Assembly (NCBI GenBank): GCA_964597455.1
Contig: CAZQXY010000003.1
Span: forward strand, 1-33,261
Reading direction: 5' to 3'
From: an uncultured Desulfovibrionaceae bacterium
GTDB lineage: Bacteria > Bacillota > Dethiobacteria > DTU022 > UBA8154
DNA: 33,261 nucleotides
In this document: positions 24,687-33,261 of the stretch, in pieces
How the letters are laid out: every line of letters begins with the position of its first letter
Position numbering within the stretch: position 1 is the first letter of the stretch
Position numbers and translations under genes: made by a program
Notes under the pieces: generated by a model
The model's input: only the letters and a program-made list of their open reading frames with translations
The model's database searches: none
Told to the model about the DNA's origin: nothing

Positions 24687-24892
24687 ATATACAGCGGAAG
24701 TAATAAAAACAATACTAACTAGAATCCCAATAAAGGCTCCGCAGCTGAAATAGAAAAAAGATCCTGAGAATAATCTCTTTTTTTTCTCATACTAATCTTT
24801 TTATTATTTAAATACATAAGATCACTCACCGCCTTCATATTATACTAGACTGCCCGGCAGTAGTTTATGCCTGAAGATTTCAAGTACAAAAA

Positions 24893-24920
24893 CATAAAAA
24901 AACAGCCTTTACGGCTGTTT
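24893..24920 (-). terminator. Rho-independent terminator after codY
   Basis: The minus strand reads AAACAGCC-GUAAA-GGCUGUUU followed by UUUUAUGUUUUU. It lies 25 nt after the codY stop. Confidence 0.8.
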
Positions 24921-24945
24921 CCAACTTAATACTGAGCACTAAATT

Positions 24946-25746
24946 CTATCTCTGGAATGGTTTTTTCTTCTTAGCCAGTTGTTCCAGCAGATAGGGGTTG
25001 AGTACTTTAATATAGGTGCCCTTCATACCAAGCGAACGCGATTCAATTACGCCTGCACTTTCAAACTTGCGTAGGGCATTTACGATAACTGATCTTGTTA
25101 TCCCCAACTGGTCTGCAATCTTACTGGCAACAAGGAGCCCTTCATCACTGTCCAGCTCTTCAAAGATATGCTCAACCGCTTCCAACTCAGAGTAAGAAAG
25201 CGTTCCGATTGCCAGCTGAACAACAGCTTTATTTCTGGCCTCTTCTTCAATTTTTTCGGCTCTGGAACGCAAAATTTCCATACCGATTACCGTAGCGCCG
25301 GTTTCAGCCAGGATTAAGTCTTCTGCGTTAAAGGTTTCGGCAAAACGGGCCAAAAGTAAAGTACCCAATCTTTTACCTCCGCCCATAATGGGTACAACCG
25401 TGACAATCTTATTTGTAAAGAGACAGTTTTCCGCCTCTACAAAAACACAGTCGTTTGTCTTCTGAGGCAAATTGACCCTTGTTTCGTCATCACGCAACAG
25501 AAAATTGTTATAACGTTCCGGGAAAAATCCTGTTTTAAGGACCCGGGTGACCATCAATTCACATTCGAACTCATCAACCAGGGCATAACCCAGTATTTTC
25601 CCTTCGCGATCCACAAGATATGAATTGGCGTGGATGACATTTTTTAATACTTCGGCTACTTCTACGAAATCTACCCTTTGACCAGCAGTTTTCTGAAGAA
25701 TTTTGTTGATACGGCGTGTCTTCTCTAACAAAGGAGAAGCTATCAC
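24946..25746 (-). CDS. codY: GTP/BCAA-sensing global transcriptional regulator CodY
   Basis: Track ORF 24946..25755. N-terminus ...[16 protein letters not shown]-like domain. C-terminal w[45 protein letters not shown]. Position after hslU is as in Bacillus/Clostridia. The GTG at 25746 has better SD spacing than the GTG at 25755, which lies within the SD. Confidence 0.9.
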   Translation of the reverse strand: MIASPLLEKTRRINKILQKTAGQRVDFVEVAEVLKNVIHANSYLVDREGKILGYALVDEFECELMVTRVLKTGFFPERYNNFLLRDDETRVNLPQKTNDCVFVEAENCLFTNKIVTVVPIMGGGKRLGTLLLARFAETFNAEDLILAETGATVIGMEILRSRAEKIEEEARNKAVVQLAIGTLSYSELEAVEHIFEELDSDEGLLVASKIADQLGITRSVIVNALRKFESAGVIESRSLGMKGTYIKVLNPYLLEQLAKKKKPFQR

Positions 25747-25821
25747 TACTATCACCTCTTTTAGTTGTATTCAAGCTGGAATAATTTACATATTCCACTT
25801 TTTTATAAAGCTTTTCTGAAA

Positions 25822-27249
25822 TTATAAAATATATCTACTTAAATCTTTATTTTTAACAATATTTTTTAATTTATTCCTTACATATGCGCTATCTAGAACA
25901 ATTTTTTCTCCTTTTAGATCCGATCCTTCGTAAGAGATATCTTCCAGCAACTTTTCCATGATGGTATGCAGTCGTCTTGCGCCGATATTCTCCAAATCAT
26001 CATTTAGAAAGGATGCCGTATCAGCAATCTCCTCTACACCATCAGGTGAAAACATGACTATCACCCCCTCTGTCTCCAGCAATGCTGCATATTGCTTAAG
26101 CAAGGCATTCTCGGGATCGGTTAAAATTTTTTTCAAATCCTCTTTGGAGAGGCTTTGCAATTCAACTCTTATGGGAAACCTCCCCTGCAGTTCTGGAATA
26201 AGGTCTGAAGGTTTGGTGAAATGAAATGCTCCTGCCGCAATAAAAAGCATATAATCTGTTTTAACCGGTCCGTATTTTGTCATCACAGTAGAACCTTCAA
26301 CAATAGGAAGAATATCCCTCTGTACTCCTTCCCTGGATACATAATGTCCAGCATGAGAAGTATCATTACCTGCAATCTTATCGATCTCATCCAGAAACAC
26401 AATTCCACTCTGTTCGGACCTTTCTATCGCTTCACTGATAACCTCATCCATATCAATGAGTTTTTCCCCTTCTTCCTGCTGTAAAATCATCCTTGCCTGT
26501 TTCAAAGACACCCTTTTCTTTTTTTTCTTTGACGGGAGCAAATTTCCGAACATATCCCGGATATTTGTGCTCATCTCTTCCATGCCCAGGCCTGAAAAAA
26601 CTTCAAACATAGGAGCAGAGCGATCTTCTACATCAATTTCAACAATATAATCCTCAAATTCGCCCCTTTTAAGCCTTTGCAATGCGATCTTTCGTTCTTC
26701 TACGGCCCGGGTAATATCCTCACCATAATCATCTTGGTCTTTATTTAAGGGAAAATTTTTGTATTCCTCAGCAGTTTGAAACAACATATTTAACGGGTTG
26801 GATCCGGCTTTAGATCTTGAAGGTAAGGGAGCAATCAGATCCAGCAACCTTGCTTCCGCCATCTCAACTGCCTTAACCTCTACCATTTTCATTTTTTCAG
26901 ACTTTACAATTCTAATCGAGGTTTCGACGAGATCCCTTACAATGGAATCCACATCGCGGCCAACGTAACCGATTTCAGTGAATTTCGTAGCTTCAACCTT
27001 AATAAACGGAGCATTAACCAAACGCGCTATTCTTCGGGCAATTTCTGTTTTGCCCACTCCGGTTGGGCCAATCATGATAATGTTCTTCGGTATCACTTCA
27101 TCTTTTATATTATCTTTTAATTTTTTTCTTCTGTATCTATTGCGCAGTGCTACTGCTACACACTTTTTTGCTTCCTCTTGCCCGATAATATACTTATCCA
27201 GTTCCTGGACTATTCTCTTAGGTGTGAGTTCAGCTTCGTAATCCGCCAT
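25822..27249 (-). CDS. hslU: ATP-dependent protease ATPase subunit HslU (ClpY)
   Basis: 475 aa. Motifs: [17 protein letters not shown], Walker [14 protein letters not shown], Walker [11 protein letters not shown]. Confidence 0.95.
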   Translation of the reverse strand: MADYEAELTPKRIVQELDKYIIGQEEAKKCVAVALRNRYRRKKLKDNIKDEVIPKNIIMIGPTGVGKTEIARRIARLVNAPFIKVEATKFTEIGYVGRDVDSIVRDLVETSIRIVKSEKMKMVEVKAVEMAEARLLDLIAPLPSRSKAGSNPLNMLFQTAEEYKNFPLNKDQDDYGEDITRAVEERKIALQRLKRGEFEDYIVEIDVEDRSAPMFEVFSGLGMEEMSTNIRDMFGNLLPSKKKKKRVSLKQARMILQQEEGEKLIDMDEVISEAIERSEQSGIVFLDEIDKIAGNDTSHAGHYVSREGVQRDILPIVEGSTVMTKYGPVKTDYMLFIAAGAFHFTKPSDLIPELQGRFPIRVELQSLSKEDLKKILTDPENALLKQYAALLETEGVIVMFSPDGVEEIADTASFLNDDLENIGARRLHTIMEKLLEDISYEGSDLKGEKIVLDSAYVRNKLKNIVKNKDLSRYIL

Positions 27250-27332
27250 TAATCTGCAATAACACCTCCGGTGAAGTTAAATACAAGGGTTCAAAATAAT
27301 ACAAAATTTAATTATATTGATGATCTGTTGAT

Positions 27333-27863
27333 TTAAATTTCTTCAACTGAAAGATGATCGTTTGTGTAGACACATATCTCCGAAGCTATTAAAAGAGACC
27401 TGCTTACTATTTCTCCTACAGGAAGCTCTGTATTTCTGAGAAGGGCCCTTGCCGCAGCAAGAGCAAAAGCCCCACCCGAACCGATAGCAGCAACTCCATC
27501 ATCAGGCTCAATCACTTCACCTGTGCCCGATATAAGGAGCAACCCATCTTTTGCCGCTACGATGAGCAAGGCTTCCAATTTCCTTAAATAACGATCCGTT
27601 CGCCATTCTTTTGCCAATTCCACAGCGGCCCGACGTAAGTTTCCATGATAGTTTTCCAATTGTTTTTCAAATTTTTCAAAAAGAGTAAGGGCATCCGCCA
27701 CTGAACCGGCGAAACCTCCGATAACTGTGTTGTTATATAGCCTTCTCACCTTCCGGGCTTGATGTTTGATAGCGATATTTCCGGATATTGTTACCTGTCC
27801 ATCCCCGGCAATAGCGACTCTCTCACCCTTTTTTACAGCTATAATTGTTGTAGCATGAAACAA
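27333..27863 (-). CDS. hslV: ATP-dependent protease subunit HslV (ClpQ)
   Basis: 176 aa. Starts [13 protein letters not shown]..., with the N-terminal Thr nucleophile context. Also [14 protein letters not shown]. Confidence 0.95.
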   Translation of the reverse strand: MFHATTIIAVKKGERVAIAGDGQVTISGNIAIKHQARKVRRLYNNTVIGGFAGSVADALTLFEKFEKQLENYHGNLRRAAVELAKEWRTDRYLRKLEALLIVAAKDGLLLISGTGEVIEPDDGVAAIGSGGAFALAAARALLRNTELPVGEIVSRSLLIASEICVYTNDHLSVEEI

Positions 27864-27917
27864 TAGATTTTTCTCCTTTAAATTTCCGAAATACAGAAAA
27901 TCTTTTTATAATTATAA

Positions 27918-28814
27918 TTATGCCCTTGGATGCGCTCTTTTATAAGTTCTTTTCAACTCTTCTTTCGTTATATGTGTATAGATCTGGGTTGTTGAGACAG
28001 AAACATGACCCAGTAATTCCTGAACAGCCCTCAGATCGGCTCCCGCGTTTAAAAGATGGCTGGCAAAAGAATGCCGTAATACATGAGGCGATAAATTACA
28101 ACTGCTGCTTATTTTCAACCCATATTTATGCACTAATCTCCCCACACTTCTTACCGACAACCTTTGTCCAAACCTGTTTAAAAACAATGCCGCATTCTTA
28201 TCTTTTTCTTGATTACGTTCTTCTAGAAAAGGACGGCTTTTAGTTAAATATATAGCAAGTGCCTGTAAGGCATAAGAACCGAGAGGCAGTATTCTTTCTT
28301 TAGAGCCTTTACCCTTTACTTTCAGATATCCATCTTCCGCATCAATAGAAGATAAATCTAAACCTGCCAATTCGCTAACTCTAATACCTGTCCCATAAAG
28401 AACCTCTAAAATAGCCTTGTCCCGGAGGCCTATATACGAATACCTCTCCGGTTTTTCCAACAAATCCAGCGCCTCATCCGCATAAAGAAACTTGGGAAGC
28501 TTCTTCTCCTTTTTGGGAATCGAAACAAGCTCCCAGGTATTGTTTTCTAAAAAACCCTGTCCTTTTAAAAACCTCAGGAATGATCTGATGGATGATACCT
28601 TCCTGGCAATAGTGCTGCGAGCATATTTCTGTTCTTTAAGAAGGGCTAAGTATTCACGCATGTTTAAATGACTTACCATTTTCAGGGCAAAGATATCGTT
28701 ACCTAGAAAGTCCAAAAACCCCCTGATATCCTTTTCATAGCTTTTCAGGGTCAATGGGGCAGAATTTTTCTCAATTTTCAAGGATTCTACAAAATCCTTT
28801 AGATATATGTTCAT
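27918..28814 (-). CDS. xerC: Tyrosine recombinase XerC (CodV-type chromosome dimer resolvase)
   Basis: 298 aa. Catalytic residues seen: ARKVSSIRSF (N-terminal SAM-like domain), GIRVSEL (Arg), HVLRHSFASHLL (HxxR), GHVSVSTTQIYTH (His and Tyr). It has the conserved position between trmFO and hslV. Confidence 0.85.
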   Translation of the reverse strand: MNIYLKDFVESLKIEKNSAPLTLKSYEKDIRGFLDFLGNDIFALKMVSHLNMREYLALLKEQKYARSTIARKVSSIRSFLRFLKGQGFLENNTWELVSIPKKEKKLPKFLYADEALDLLEKPERYSYIGLRDKAILEVLYGTGIRVSELAGLDLSSIDAEDGYLKVKGKGSKERILPLGSYALQALAIYLTKSRPFLEERNQEKDKNAALFLNRFGQRLSVRSVGRLVHKYGLKISSSCNLSPHVLRHSFASHLLNAGADLRAVQELLGHVSVSTTQIYTHITKEELKRTYKRAHPRA

Positions 28815-28853
28815 ACCTCAGTCCTTTCACTAATATTAGCATATTCAAATTTT

Positions 28854-30194
28854 TTATGCAAGCTGCTTATGGAATTTTTTTCGAAATCTCGACAAGATTT
28901 CCATACTGCGTTCTGCAAGTAACTGTTTTCTTTTTTGTTTTGCAATTTTAAATGATAATCCGGGCAAAAGTCCAAAATTTACATTCATCGGTTGAAAATT
29001 ATCCGGATCTGCAGTTGCAATATATTTTGTTAATCCCCCCAAAGACGTTTCTTCAGGGAAAATGAGCATTTGGTCCCCGTTCACCCGGCAACAGGCATTA
29101 ATACCCGCAATCAACCCGGTGGCTGCTGATTCAACATACCCTTCCACACCGGTTATCTGCCCGGCAAAGAAGATCCCCTGATAATCTCTCATCTCCAGGG
29201 TCGGATGAAGTAGCAGCGGAGAATTAATAAAAATATTCCTGTGCATCACACCATAGCGAACAAACTCTGTGTTTTCCAGTCCGGGTATCAAGGAGAAGAT
29301 TCGTTTTTGTTCCGGCCATTTTAAGCGCGTTTGAAACCCTACCATATTGTAAAGCGTTCCTTCCCTGTTGTCTCTTCTCAACTGTACTACAGCATATGGC
29401 TGTTCATCTGAAGACGGCAGTGAGATGCCTACCGGTTTTAACGGTCCGAATCTCAAGGTATCCTTTCCTCTTTTTGCCAGAACCTCAAGCGGCATGCATC
29501 CTTCAAAGAAGATCTCTTTTTCAAATACCTTCCTCTCAGCAATCTCACCCTTGATCAACTCGCTCCAAAACAACTCGTATTCTTTCTTATTCATTGGGCA
29601 GTTCAGATAATCTTCACCGCCCTTGTTATAGCGTGAAGAAAAAAAGACCTTTTTCATATTAATCGACTCATAAGTCAAAATAGGTGCGGCTGCATCAAAA
29701 AAATAAAGCTTCCCTAATCCGGTTAATCGTTCCAGTTCAGATGCCAGAGCGGGTGAAGTGAGAGGACCCGTAGCAATTATTACAGGCCTTTCCTTCGGCA
29801 ATTCTTTTAGCTCATCAAAATATATATCGACCAGCGGATGATCCTGTAAAGTCCGGGTAACAAGACGGGCAAATTCTTCCCTGTCTACCGCCAGAGCGCC
29901 ACCTGCAGGAATACGTGTTTCCAGGGCACACTTTATGATCAGCGAGTCAAGAAAACGCATCTCTTCTTTAAGCAATCCAACCGCATTATTTATTGAAATC
30001 GCCCGCAGAGAATTGCTGCAAACCAGTTCTGCAAAATATGCCCCCTGATGTGCAGGTGTCATTTTTTGTGGCCTCATTTCATAAAGCGACACCCTCACAC
30101 CTCGCTTTGCCAGCTGCCAGGCCGCCTCAGAGCCGGCCAACCCGGCCCCGATTACGATTACTCTATCCGCGATAAGGCATTCCTCCTCGGACAA
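28854..30194 (-). CDS. trmFO: Methylenetetrahydrofolate-tRNA-(uracil54-C5)-methyltransferase TrmFO (Gid)
   Basis: 446 aa. FAD fold VIVIGAGLAGSEAAWQLA, then ...LVCSNSLR..., GQITGVEGYVESAATG. TTG start 7 nt after the topA stop. Confidence 0.9.
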   Translation of the reverse strand: MSEEECLIADRVIVIGAGLAGSEAAWQLAKRGVRVSLYEMRPQKMTPAHQGAYFAELVCSNSLRAISINNAVGLLKEEMRFLDSLIIKCALETRIPAGGALAVDREEFARLVTRTLQDHPLVDIYFDELKELPKERPVIIATGPLTSPALASELERLTGLGKLYFFDAAAPILTYESINMKKVFFSSRYNKGGEDYLNCPMNKKEYELFWSELIKGEIAERKVFEKEIFFEGCMPLEVLAKRGKDTLRFGPLKPVGISLPSSDEQPYAVVQLRRDNREGTLYNMVGFQTRLKWPEQKRIFSLIPGLENTEFVRYGVMHRNIFINSPLLLHPTLEMRDYQGIFFAGQITGVEGYVESAATGLIAGINACCRVNGDQMLIFPEETSLGGLTKYIATADPDNFQPMNVNFGLLPGLSFKIAKQKRKQLLAERSMEILSRFRKKFHKQLA

Positions 30195-30203
30195 CCTGCT
30201 TTT

Positions 30204-32291
30204 TTATTGATTTTCCAGCTTTTTTTCTTGATAGTCGCATTCCCCATTTGCACAACGATATACCGTATAAGGTCCTTTATACTTTTTTTCTACCAAATAA
30301 TAACCACACTGAGGGCATTTTTTATCCAGGGGTTTATCCCATGATACAAACTTACACTCCGGATAATTACTGCAACCATAAAACAATCTCCCTTTTTTGC
30401 TTCTGCGTTCAACTATACTTCCGTTACAGAGAGGGCATTTTACCCCCGTTTCTTTTTTGGGTTGCATAGTATACCTGCATTCAGGGAAGCCGGGACATGC
30501 CAGAAACGGCCCATAGCGGCCGTGTTTTTTTACCAGTTTTCTTCCACAACGCGGGCATATTTCATCTGTTTCTTCATCCTGAATTTCTACCTTTTCCATC
30601 TCGCTCTTTGCTACTTGTAAGCGGCCTTTAAAAGGAATATAAAACTCGTTTAAAACTTTTAAGCGCGATTCTTCTCCCGACTCGACTTTGTCAAGTTTGT
30701 CTTCGAGCTGCGCCGTAAAACCTTCATCAATTACCTCGGGGAAATATTTTTTGAGTACATCTACGATAATAAAACCCAATTCGGTTGGCTTTAACAGCTT
30801 ATTCTCTTTTATTACATAACCTCTGCTCTGGATAGTATCAATAGTTGGAGAATAAGTGCTGGGCCTACCTATTCCCCTATTTTCCAAGGTTTTGACCAGA
30901 GATGCTTCAGTAAACCTGGGGGGAGGTTGGGTAAAATGCTGTTCCGGTGTTAAAGACACCGGCTCCAGCTTTTGTCCTTCTTTCAGCGGCGGAAGCTGTT
31001 TCTCCTTTTCTTTTTCCTCATCCTCCCCTTCAATATAAAGCACCATAAATCCCGGAAATTTAATGCTGGAACCGTTAGCTCTAAAAAGATAATCTCCGGC
31101 ACCGATATCAACTCTTACCTGCTCTATGGTTGCAGATTCCATCTGACTGGCCAAAAACCGCTCCCAGATTAACTTATAAAGCCTGTACTGATCTCTTTTC
31201 AAATATTTTTTGATTGTATCCGGACTCCTGGAGATAGACGTTGGCCGGATAGCCTCATGTGCCTCTTGCGCACCCTTCTTTGCAGAAAATTTCCTTGGTT
31301 TATCAGGCAAATAGTTTTGACCATATTTTTCATGTATATATTTTCCGGCCTCTTCCCGGGCAAGAGAAGAAACTGTCACAGCGTCTGTTCTGATATAAGT
31401 AATTAAGCCGACGGCTTCTCTCTTTTGACCGATGGCCAATCCCTCGTAAAGCTGCTGAGCAAGCATCATCGTTTTCTTCGTGGTGAAACCGAGCTTGCGT
31501 GAAGCTTCCTGCTGCAGAGTACTGGTTGTAAACGGCGGTGCGGGATTTCTCTTCCTTTCCTTAATTTGTATTTTAGTCACTTGATAGTTTACGCCCTCAA
31601 TCGCGGCTAAAATATCATTGACTTCTTCTTCACTTTTTAAATCTATCTTTTTGCCGTCTTTGCCGTAAAACTTTGCATTAAAGGTATTTTTCCCCTTAAA
31701 TTCTTTAAAAACACCTTCAATTGACCAGTATTCTTCCGGAATAAAGGATTCTATTTCTTTTTCACGATCACATATCAGCCGAACAGCCACAGACTGTACC
31801 CTTCCTGCACTAAGGCCTTTGCGTACATTTTCCCAAAGTAAAGGGCTGATCAGGTAGCCTACAAGTCTATCCAGAATACGCCTGGCCTGCTGGGCTTCGA
31901 TTCTATGGCGGTCTATGGGGCGCGGTTGTATAATAGCATTCTTAACAGCCTTTTTCGTTATTTCATGAAATTCAACCCGGCAAGGATAATCCTCTTTAAT
32001 ACCGAGAGAATTACATAAATGCCAGCTTATTGCTTCCCCCTCCCTGTCGGGGTCAGTTGCCAAAAAAACTTTTTCCGCTTTTTTACTTGCTTCTTTTAAT
32101 TCATTTAATATCTTACCTTTACCCCTGATTGTTATATACCTGGGATTAAAATCATTTTCGATATCTATCCCAAGACGACTTTTCGGCAAGTCTATCAGGT
32201 GGCCGATGGAAGCTTTCACCATATATTTACTTCCCAAAAATTTACTTATGGTCCGCGCTTTCGCTGGAGATTCTACAATTACCAGATTCAT
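30204..32291 (-). CDS. topA: DNA topoisomerase I
   Basis: 695 aa. Toprim MNLVIVESPAKA...DPDREGEAI. Active-site region ITYIRTD. Three C-terminal Zn ribbons: CPRCG...CPGFPEC, CPLCN...CSNYPEC, CPQCG...CANGEC. Confidence 0.95.
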   Translation of the reverse strand: MNLVIVESPAKARTISKFLGSKYMVKASIGHLIDLPKSRLGIDIENDFNPRYITIRGKGKILNELKEASKKAEKVFLATDPDREGEAISWHLCNSLGIKEDYPCRVEFHEITKKAVKNAIIQPRPIDRHRIEAQQARRILDRLVGYLISPLLWENVRKGLSAGRVQSVAVRLICDREKEIESFIPEEYWSIEGVFKEFKGKNTFNAKFYGKDGKKIDLKSEEEVNDILAAIEGVNYQVTKIQIKERKRNPAPPFTTSTLQQEASRKLGFTTKKTMMLAQQLYEGLAIGQKREAVGLITYIRTDAVTVSSLAREEAGKYIHEKYGQNYLPDKPRKFSAKKGAQEAHEAIRPTSISRSPDTIKKYLKRDQYRLYKLIWERFLASQMESATIEQVRVDIGAGDYLFRANGSSIKFPGFMVLYIEGEDEEKEKEKQLPPLKEGQKLEPVSLTPEQHFTQPPPRFTEASLVKTLENRGIGRPSTYSPTIDTIQSRGYVIKENKLLKPTELGFIIVDVLKKYFPEVIDEGFTAQLEDKLDKVESGEESRLKVLNEFYIPFKGRLQVAKSEMEKVEIQDEETDEICPRCGRKLVKKHGRYGPFLACPGFPECRYTMQPKKETGVKCPLCNGSIVERRSKKGRLFYGCSNYPECKFVSWDKPLDKKCPQCGYYLVEKKYKGPYTVYRCANGECDYQEKKLENQ

Positions 32292-32306
32292 TTCAGCACC
32301 TCCATC

Positions 32307-33261
32307 TCAATTCCTTACAAAATATTTCCCCGGCAGCTGCTTAATTATTCCTTTTAATTCCATATTGAGCAATAGGGTATTTACTGTAGAAACAGGCATT
32401 TTGCTTATTTTTACAATTTCTTCCAGGGCAAGGGGCTCATAGGGTATTGCTTCCATCAATTTAATTTCATCCACATTGAGCTGCCCCTGCTCAACCGCCT
32501 CTCCAAGAGTTTTGGCGTGAGAAATTGCGGCTTCATTTTCCGGGAAAAATTGCAACTCCTCCAGAATATCTTCGACCTTTTCTACAAGTTTTGCTCCCTC
32601 TTTAATAAGCTTATGACAGCCCCTGCTGTAAGGGCTCTTAATCCCACCCGGGACCGCAAATACTTCTCTGCCCTGTTCCAGAGCAAAGTCAGTTGTAATA
32701 AGGGCACCGCTTCTTTCTCCTGCTTCTACAACTATTGTTCCCGCCGACAGCCCGCTTATAATTCTATTTCTCCGGGGAAAATTTTGCGGAAAAGGTTCAC
32801 TGCGAGGGGGAAACTCACTGATTACTGCTCCTGATTTACAGATCTTTCCCATTAGAGTTCTGTTCTCGGGAGGATAGCAGATATCCAGACCGCAGCCCAG
32901 AACCGCCAGAGTATTCCCTCCGGCATCAAGAGCACCTTTGTGCGCCCAGGTATCAATGCCCCGCGCCATACCACTGACAACAGTAATATCATAGTTTGAC
33001 AAATCCGCAGCAAATTTATAAGCAACATCTTTTCCATATGCCGTATGGCGCCGGCTTCCCACAATCGCCAGACATGGAGCAGTCGAAACGTGGATATCCC
33101 CCAGATAATATAAAAGAGGCGGAACATCATATATTTCTTTTAAAAGACAGGGGTAATCATCTTCATCCCACATTACATATGAAAAACCTTTTAGTTCAAA
33201 TTCGGCCCACGCTCTATCCAAGTTTATACTGCTATGTTCTCTAACAACCTTTTCAGCCAGG
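32307..33261 (-). CDS. dprA: DNA-processing protein DprA (Smf); the N-terminus lies outside the window
   Basis: The track ORF starts at a TTG (33221), but the frame stays open to the window edge (...LAEKVVREHSSIN-LDRAWAEF...). Rossmann-like core AIVGSRRHTAYG...GMARGIDTWAH...LGCGLD. C-terminal winged-helix domain. Confidence 0.85.
   Translation of the reverse strand, partial: LAEKVVREHSSINLDRAWAEFELKGFSYVMWDEDDYPCLLKEIYDVPPLLYYLGDIHVSTAPCLAIVGSRRHTAYGKDVAYKFAADLSNYDITVVSGMARGIDTWAHKGALDAGGNTLAVLGCGLDICYPPENRTLMGKICKSGAVISEFPPRSEPFPQNFPRRNRIISGLSAGTIVVEAGERSGALITTDFALEQGREVFAVPGGIKSPYSRGCHKLIKEGAKLVEKVEDILEELQFFPENEAAISHAKTLGEAVEQGQLNVDEIKLMEAIPYEPLALEEIVKISKMPVSTVNTLLLNMELKGIIKQLPGKYFVRN

Noticed and set aside
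27918-28814. Tyrosine recombinase, considered as a possible integrase marking a mobile element
   Set aside because: It sits in the conserved trmFO-xerC-hslVU-codY housekeeping context (CodV/XerC). No att-like repeats, tRNA, excisionase or cargo genes are nearby.
1-33261. Scan for CRISPR arrays, tRNA/rRNA genes, toxin-antitoxin pairs, restriction or other defence modules, and IS elements
   Set aside because: The only regularly spaced repeat is the 15-bp x4 array, which has no spacers. There are no cloverleaf-like GC-rich segments of 70-90 nt in the spacers, and no ORFs with nuclease, methylase, reverse-transcriptase or transposase motifs. This window does not appear to be a defence island.

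Overview
This 33.3-kb window comes from a low-GC Gram-positive anaerobe, probably Clostridia or Peptococcaceae-like. That placement rests on gene order and on strong GGAGG-type ribosome-binding sites. I call 29 protein-coding genes, 28 of them on the minus strand. I found no rRNA, tRNA, CRISPR array, transposase or phage genes.

The right third (22.5-33.3 kb) is the conserved Firmicutes housekeeping block: dprA, topA, trmFO, xerC, hslV, hslU, codY, a small membrane protein, rpsB and tsf.

The usual continuation after tsf (pyrH-frr) is absent. In its place, 3.6-22.4 kb holds a dense acyl-CoA/aryl-acid metabolism island with these parts:
- An SDR, an SCP-x-type thiolase, a DUF35 protein and an amidohydrolase_2.
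- A D-2-hydroxyacid dehydrogenase, two 2-hydroxyacyl-CoA dehydratase/benzoyl-CoA-reductase-family subunits, IorA, IorB and an AMP-forming CoA ligase.
- A second, convergent CoA ligase and an iron-sulfur flavoprotein.
- A crotonase and a Zn-alcohol dehydrogenase.
- PaaK and PaaI.

The left edge carries DegV (FakB-like), a YloV/FakA-like DAK2 protein and a truncated TRAP solute-binding lipoprotein.

The most interesting points:
- The gene content supports a 2-oxoacid -> (R)-2-hydroxyacid -> enoyl-CoA -> beta-oxidation route. It uses AMP ligases instead of a CoA-transferase, and it has no acyl-CoA dehydrogenase/Etf.
- The dehydratase/BCR-like pair has no ATPase activator anywhere in the window.
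- Four perfect 15-bp tandem repeats sit upstream of paaK.
- An A8 tract splits a membrane-anchored ORF between codY and rpsB.
- A GC-rich structured element lies inside the ior-ligase operon.

All family assignments come from motif recognition by eye. No database search was run.
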